From Gnetum montanum (Eukaryota; Plantae; Gnetophyta): a stretch of DNA of 64,000 bases. Position numbers and translations under genes: made by a program. This document shows, one piece after another, positions 58,622 through 64,000 of this stretch. Every line of letters begins with the position of its first letter. The first letter of the stretch is position 1. The notes beneath the pieces were generated by a model, which saw nothing but the letters and a program-made list of their open reading frames with translations, made no database searches and had not been told where the DNA came from. The stretch lies in assembly GCA_015680685.1 (NCBI GenBank), contig MNCI01000542.1, positions 561,889-625,888 of the forward strand, in the 5' to 3' direction.

Positions 58622-59831
58622 GCCCAAGAGCGAAGTACTTGGTAATTCTAGTAACGATTACATAAGTCTAGGACGTGTATAGAAAATTAGAAATAGATAT
58701 CAATTGCCATATGATAGAATAGATTTGCTTATTATTTTACTTAGACATAGAAATTATTTTCATTCCACCATGTTTGCTAAGAGAAATAATGGCCAAAAAA
58801 CATCAGATATCATATACCTCACAATGAGCTAAAACATACACATAGACTTTATTAGCTCTATGTGGGAAGACAACAGTCTTGAACTTAAATCAATTGCGAG
58901 CATAATTACATTACCTTGTCCACATTTTATGATCTGGTCACACGTGAACGCTTGTGACTTGTATGCTTGGGTGCTGGATTACTTCACTACCCATCAATTA
59001 TTAAGAGCACACACTATCATTTGTTAATATGGCTTTCTCTTATGGGCTTGATAATTTCAAGTTTGCTAGAAATGATAAAGATAGAACCTAATTTATGAAC
59101 CTAGAAACAAGGAAATTACCTCAACAAGTTCAAATCATGTATACTCAACATGATCCATTCTATCCAAATTTTACATTCATCTTCCACTAAGATGAACAAC
59201 TTCAATGGAGAGATCACATGGAAAGTGTTGTTTAAATATTTAATAAAGTTACTACATCCATTCTACAAGCTACCATAACCAAGACCCAATTAGGTCATGT
59301 AGTAGAAGGGTATCACATCAACAAGAGGGTAGTAAGACCTTACCAACTTGGTCTTGCCTAGTGTAGCATAGTTCAATGACAAAAATAGCAATATCAATGT
59401 AGGAAGGGTAAACATAATATTCTATTTTCATCATTTTGCTTTCAAATATATAAAGAGTTTTTGTCATTTTTAGAGCCTAATGTCTTTCAAACATGATATC
59501 GTGTGATATGAAACTCCATTTGATTCTATTCAAAAATTCTTAAGCTCTTGAAATTGAGCTCCAAGTTTTGGGGGCACTAAGGACACGTATTTAAAAATTT
59601 TTCTAACATTCAAAGTTAAATGGCTAAGGTAATTAATGATAAAAATTAACAAAATCAATTATTAATTTGATGTTTTTAGTTACTTTATGATCTTAAGAAC
59701 ATAATATCACAATCACCTTGAACCTTAAATGCTAATTTTTTCAAAATTTTGATCTACTTAAAATGTTGAAAAGTGTTGGAGCACTAAGGAAAAATCATTG
59801 GAAACAAATATCAATTCTTGGATGACTGTAG

Positions 59832-62130
59832 ATGACACCAAAGTAAGTTCTTGAGATTGGAGGTCCCTTACAAGCAAGGGAAAAGAGGCCTTGAGGATGA
59901 GGACAAGGATAAGAACATGGTTAAGAGCTAGAGGAGCACTAGTCTCATGTTGAGTAACAAACACACAAAAAATTAGAGGTGTAATCTTTGAGGTATATGT
60001 AGATCATTTAGAGAGAACAATTAGTCCAAGGTGAAGCATCTCCCATTGAATTGGAGGTGATCTTCACAAAAAAGGACCTCAAGAAAGTCTAGGACAAGGC
60101 CATATTGGAACAACTTGGAGCCTAACTTTGCTCCATTATTGAAGTTTTCTCTATATGATCTAAGACAGTAATAACAATCCTATTCCCTTTAGCCAGTCCT
60201 ATCTACCAATGGGGAGTAGTATCTTGGCAAGATACATCTCTTTTAAAGTAATTGCGAACTAGATGCTATAGTTAAAATAAGAGATATCTCCATTTGATCT
60301 CCTATTCCATTGACATGATTATAGAGGCATTGAGGATCCGTAACACTTGGATCATAGTAGGGAAAGTGTTTAGTCATTCAACCACCAACATCAAAACTAA
60401 GTGGATCTAGAGAGCGTATGGTATGAATCACATGGAGTATGACTCCTTGATGTTGATCGAGAAGATTTACTTCAAGATAGTAATCAACCATGTTAATTGC
60501 ATGATATAGTAAAATAAAATCACATACTTCTTAGCCCATGCATGTGTAGTTCTCAGTAGAAAATTCCCTATAGACCTAGTTGATCTTCTCTTCTTGTACA
60601 TTGAGGAAAGGTTTGGGGAGAATCCATTAGGTAGGAAGACTCTCTTCTTTCCATGTTTAATTCAAAAACTTTACAAAAGAAGAGGGATTGCCCAATACAC
60701 CAATGACACCATTTGAAGAGCTCTAATAGCAACTTGGAGCTAGATCTTGAAGATATCACCTACAAAGAAGATACAAAGTCAAAAGCCACAGTGTTAACAC
60801 TAATAGGAGCAACAACAACTTGTACCTTAGTTATAGTAGTTACATTAGTACTAGCAGTGACTTTTCTAATAATAGAAACCACATGTGTTGGACCAAGAAT
60901 TGCCCAAACTAATGTAACAAGCACTAGTACTCAAAAACTTGTGAATGATTCTAGGACGATCATCTTGTCATGAGTCATCTTCAAGAGGACTTTCAACTTA
61001 CGAGTTGTGAATGATATGAATTGGCGAATCTTTTCTTCATATTGAGAAGTAAGCCCCATATTGCAATAGTCCCAATGATTGGTAAAGTACTCATCACCAT
61101 GTCAATAAATGATTATTCTAATATTTTAGGAAATGCTACATCACTCCAAGTTACACTATAATTTGGTGATGAAGCAACTATTGTGGTTGTGCTACATTAG
61201 TGATAAGAACTTACTATTGCGGTACTTACTAATTGCATCAGTGAGACCTTAAACATACTTACAACACTTTTCCCTCATTTTATTGTTGAGTAAGATATTC
61301 AAATATTTGCAATAATGGAAGCATGATTGTGACCTTGTATGAGGAGGTGTTGGAAATATTGCTTTAGATAGAGTAAATAGTGAAAACATTATTTGATACC
61401 CCAAACAATGTTAGAACCCTACAATCAAACCTCATATTGATTAAGAGGAAGTTAATGCTATCTAAGGTGTAACTACAATAGGTGGAGTTGGATTCCCAAC
61501 AAATGCAAGATGAAATAGTCCAATTTTGTGCACAATTGAATGACCTTGTATGATTTTTGGCTTTAAAGATGTTTGGATAGTTCTACATAGATGAGCTTAA
61601 GGAAGTTGAGTGAGAGAAACAGCAAGTAACCTAAGATATGTTACAACCTAGAGCAAAGCCCTATGCACTCCAAAAAGGCCATTGTCATATTGCAGGAGAA
61701 GAAAATAGGTCTTGTAGTGGAAAACTAGATGTTGAAGAGGATAAAGGAAGAGAAGGAACTGCTAGAGAAAAACCTTAAACACATATACAAACAAATGATG
61801 AAGGTCAATTTGAAGCTGTTAAATTTGAGCAAGGAAAATAGGAACCTCTCAATGCAAGAATTCAAAGTAATCAAATAGCATATCATAATTGAAATTTTTG
61901 CCTGTGAAAATGAAGCAAAATGACATAAGATGATCAAAAATCATTACCAAAATTAGGTAGGATTGTAAAAAGAAATCAATGAAAAGGAGATCACAATAGC
62001 CAAGATCAAACTCAATACTACTTTGTAATAACTTGTTGCTATTGCATGGATAGACATCATGGATGCCATCAGCATGATGAGTCAAGCTGAGTTGAAGATC
62101 AAGTAGCTACAAATTAAATATTTAACTCAC
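59832..62130 (+). pseudogene. Third, more diverged env-like ORF remnant
   Basis: GATGACTGTAG|ATGACACCAAAG start context as in C and D; the coiled-coil region at ~61730-62100 resembles D 14400-14750. Confidence 0.55.
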
Positions 62131-62199
62131 TATCTTAAATTGAACAATCCTAGAAACTTCAATTTGACTAGATCATTTGTCATTGTTCTTTCTTCATTG

Positions 62200-63570
62200 G
62201 CAATGCTCATCTTCATTAGAGCTTGATGATGAAGATAATGAAGAAGTAGGAGAGCCATGCTAGCTTACCCTTCTTCCATGCTATGTACATTCATCTCTTA
62301 GTGGCCCATTAGAAGACCTAGTTCTTGAGGTCCTCCTAATATTTAGTCATTTTTTCCTTCTTTCTTGATTATTAGCCAAGACTAAGCATAGCCATGAATT
62401 GGTCATATCATCTACATTGAAGGGGAAAGAATTTTGATGACTAAATTTACTTAAATAATAATTTATGTTCTCATTTTTTGACTGTGATGTTAATTAAATT
62501 ATAGCCCTCTTTCGCTTAATGACTTCATGGTATGCTTCCATGAAATAATTTTCCAGCAATTAGGCTTCAATGGAATGATAGGACTTTAACATCTAATTAG
62601 TCACCTATAGTTACTAACAATTGCAACCTAAACAATTAGGTGGCAACACAATGTTTTTTTCAAAGTTCCTTCATCACATTTGATTATCTTGGTGAAGGAT
62701 AAAGATGAAGTCCAGAGAGTATGGATTTACATGTTGGTAGATAACTCTGATTTGATGTAGTACACTGTCCATATTTTTGGTGGTTCTATCACATTCCTTT
62801 ATAGAAACATCAATATGTGGAAAATTAAACTTGCAAGAAGAAGATATATTTATTTATTGTATATGTGTTTAAATAAAATAATCTTCTTTTCTAATGAATA
62901 AATTATTTAAGTCCTAACAATGATCATTTATAGTTCTAACTATATAGATCACTAGCACCAATTCTTGACAACGACACCAATGATGAACAATGAGTAGTTT
63001 TAATAGTCAATCATATAAATCATGAACAAATGCAAGTGACTTGATTGTAATTAATGGACTAAACTAATGTGATACCTAGATAGCCAAGTGTTTGCTCGTA
63101 GGTCACTATCTTCTTAGTTGTACTAATGTAGCTCTTAATGCATATGGTTAAGTACAATTAAGACATATGATACTAATGTTCTTATGTTTATGACTAAAAT
63201 ATTATTAAAATATAGATATTAATTATAAATTATGCTAATGTATAAATTAAGGACTAATCTATCCTAGGTAATAAGCATTCATTCCTAGTTTATTGTACAC
63301 ATCTCATACTCATTCAATCATCATTGGGCTACTAAATGATTATTGTTGGGCTAACCAAGTAAGAGCACTATTGGGGTTACTAGACGATAAATATTATGAT
63401 CAAAACCAATTATACTTATGCCATCATAACTATTGTATGGTTGATTGTAAATTACTTCTTTAGTATGCGTAAATGTAAACATTAAACTAAGTTGCATTTG
63501 AAATAAATTCTATCAAATATAAATTATATGCTATTTCAAAATATTGTAATGGAATGGAATAATCTCAATC
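62200..63570 (-). mobile_element. Highly decayed Athila-like remnant H (partial 5' LTR from 62981, PBS 62961-62979, gag 5' end)
   Basis: ...ACAACGACACCAA|TGATGAACAATGAG mirrors the PBS/LTR junction of E and B; 62690-62850 resembles the gag start of E. Outer boundaries approximate. Confidence 0.65.
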
Positions 63571-64000
63571 TTTATTGATAGTCTTATGTTAAACCCTAAA
63601 TTGGTTCAATTTTTAAATAATTATTCTTGTCAAATTCATGCATTTCAATTGATTTTATTCTAGATTACATATTGTTAATAGTTTGATTAGTGTTTAATTA
63701 ATGTTTATTTTAGTTTATTGTATTGCAGGTTATAATTGATATAGTTATAATGTGAGTATAATGATTATAATTATATATAAATATTATAAACATTATATAT
63801 GTGTAAACTATATAAAAAAATTATATATTATGTTAATGTGATTATAATCATATATTATTAACTATATAAGCATTAAACTTTAGAATTAGGGCAATAACTT
63901 GGTTAACAGCTCCAGGGAGTGTTGCAGGCGTCGAAGCTCTCCCGGATGGACTCGACTTGCTGCACAATCTCACGCTGCTGTTTTCCCTAAACACAACCGT

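Larger units (their letters stand above)
26520..58996 (+). mobile_element. Element C: 5'-truncated old Athila-like remnant split by insertions A and B (pieces 26520-28210, 45588-48916, 58627-58996)
   Basis: The pieces are collinear with D from ~11095 onward (spacer, env-like ORF, PPT ~48346-48358, LTR starting ~48359 and ending CCCATCA at 58996). Removing A and B at their TSDs restores continuity. Confidence 0.8.

Noticed and set aside
63905-64000. GC-rich sequence at the window end, possibly an exon
   Set aside because: Under 100 nt visible, with no recognisable motif.

Overview
This is a repeat-dense land-plant nuclear window (species not identifiable) made mostly of nested, decayed Ty3/gypsy LTR retrotransposons; I found no intact host gene. 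Three elements are structurally complete. (D) 7148-16384 (+) is a non-autonomous Athila-like element with gag and an env-like extra ORF but no pol. (A) 28211-45582 (-) is a 17.4-kb Tat-type element (RT-RH-aRH-INT, tRNA-Asn PBS, ACAAG TSD). (B) 48917-58621 (-) is an Athila-like gag-pol element with no env-like ORF (GCCCA TSD). A and B are both inserted into an older Athila-like remnant (C). The interval 16.4-26.5 kb holds a ~920-bp foldback and intron-containing pseudogene fragments of VPS16/VCL1 and an LRR receptor kinase. The standout observation is in element A. Protease and RT are separated by ~5.7 kb bounded by a phase-matched GT/AG pair. Inside that gap, on the opposite strand, lies a reconstructable 10-exon gene (~1,170 codons, now pseudogenized) that fuses an FCP1/NIF-like (HAD) phosphatase-type domain to a retroelement extra-ORF domain and a coiled coil. 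All homology calls are by-eye motif recognition; no searches were run.
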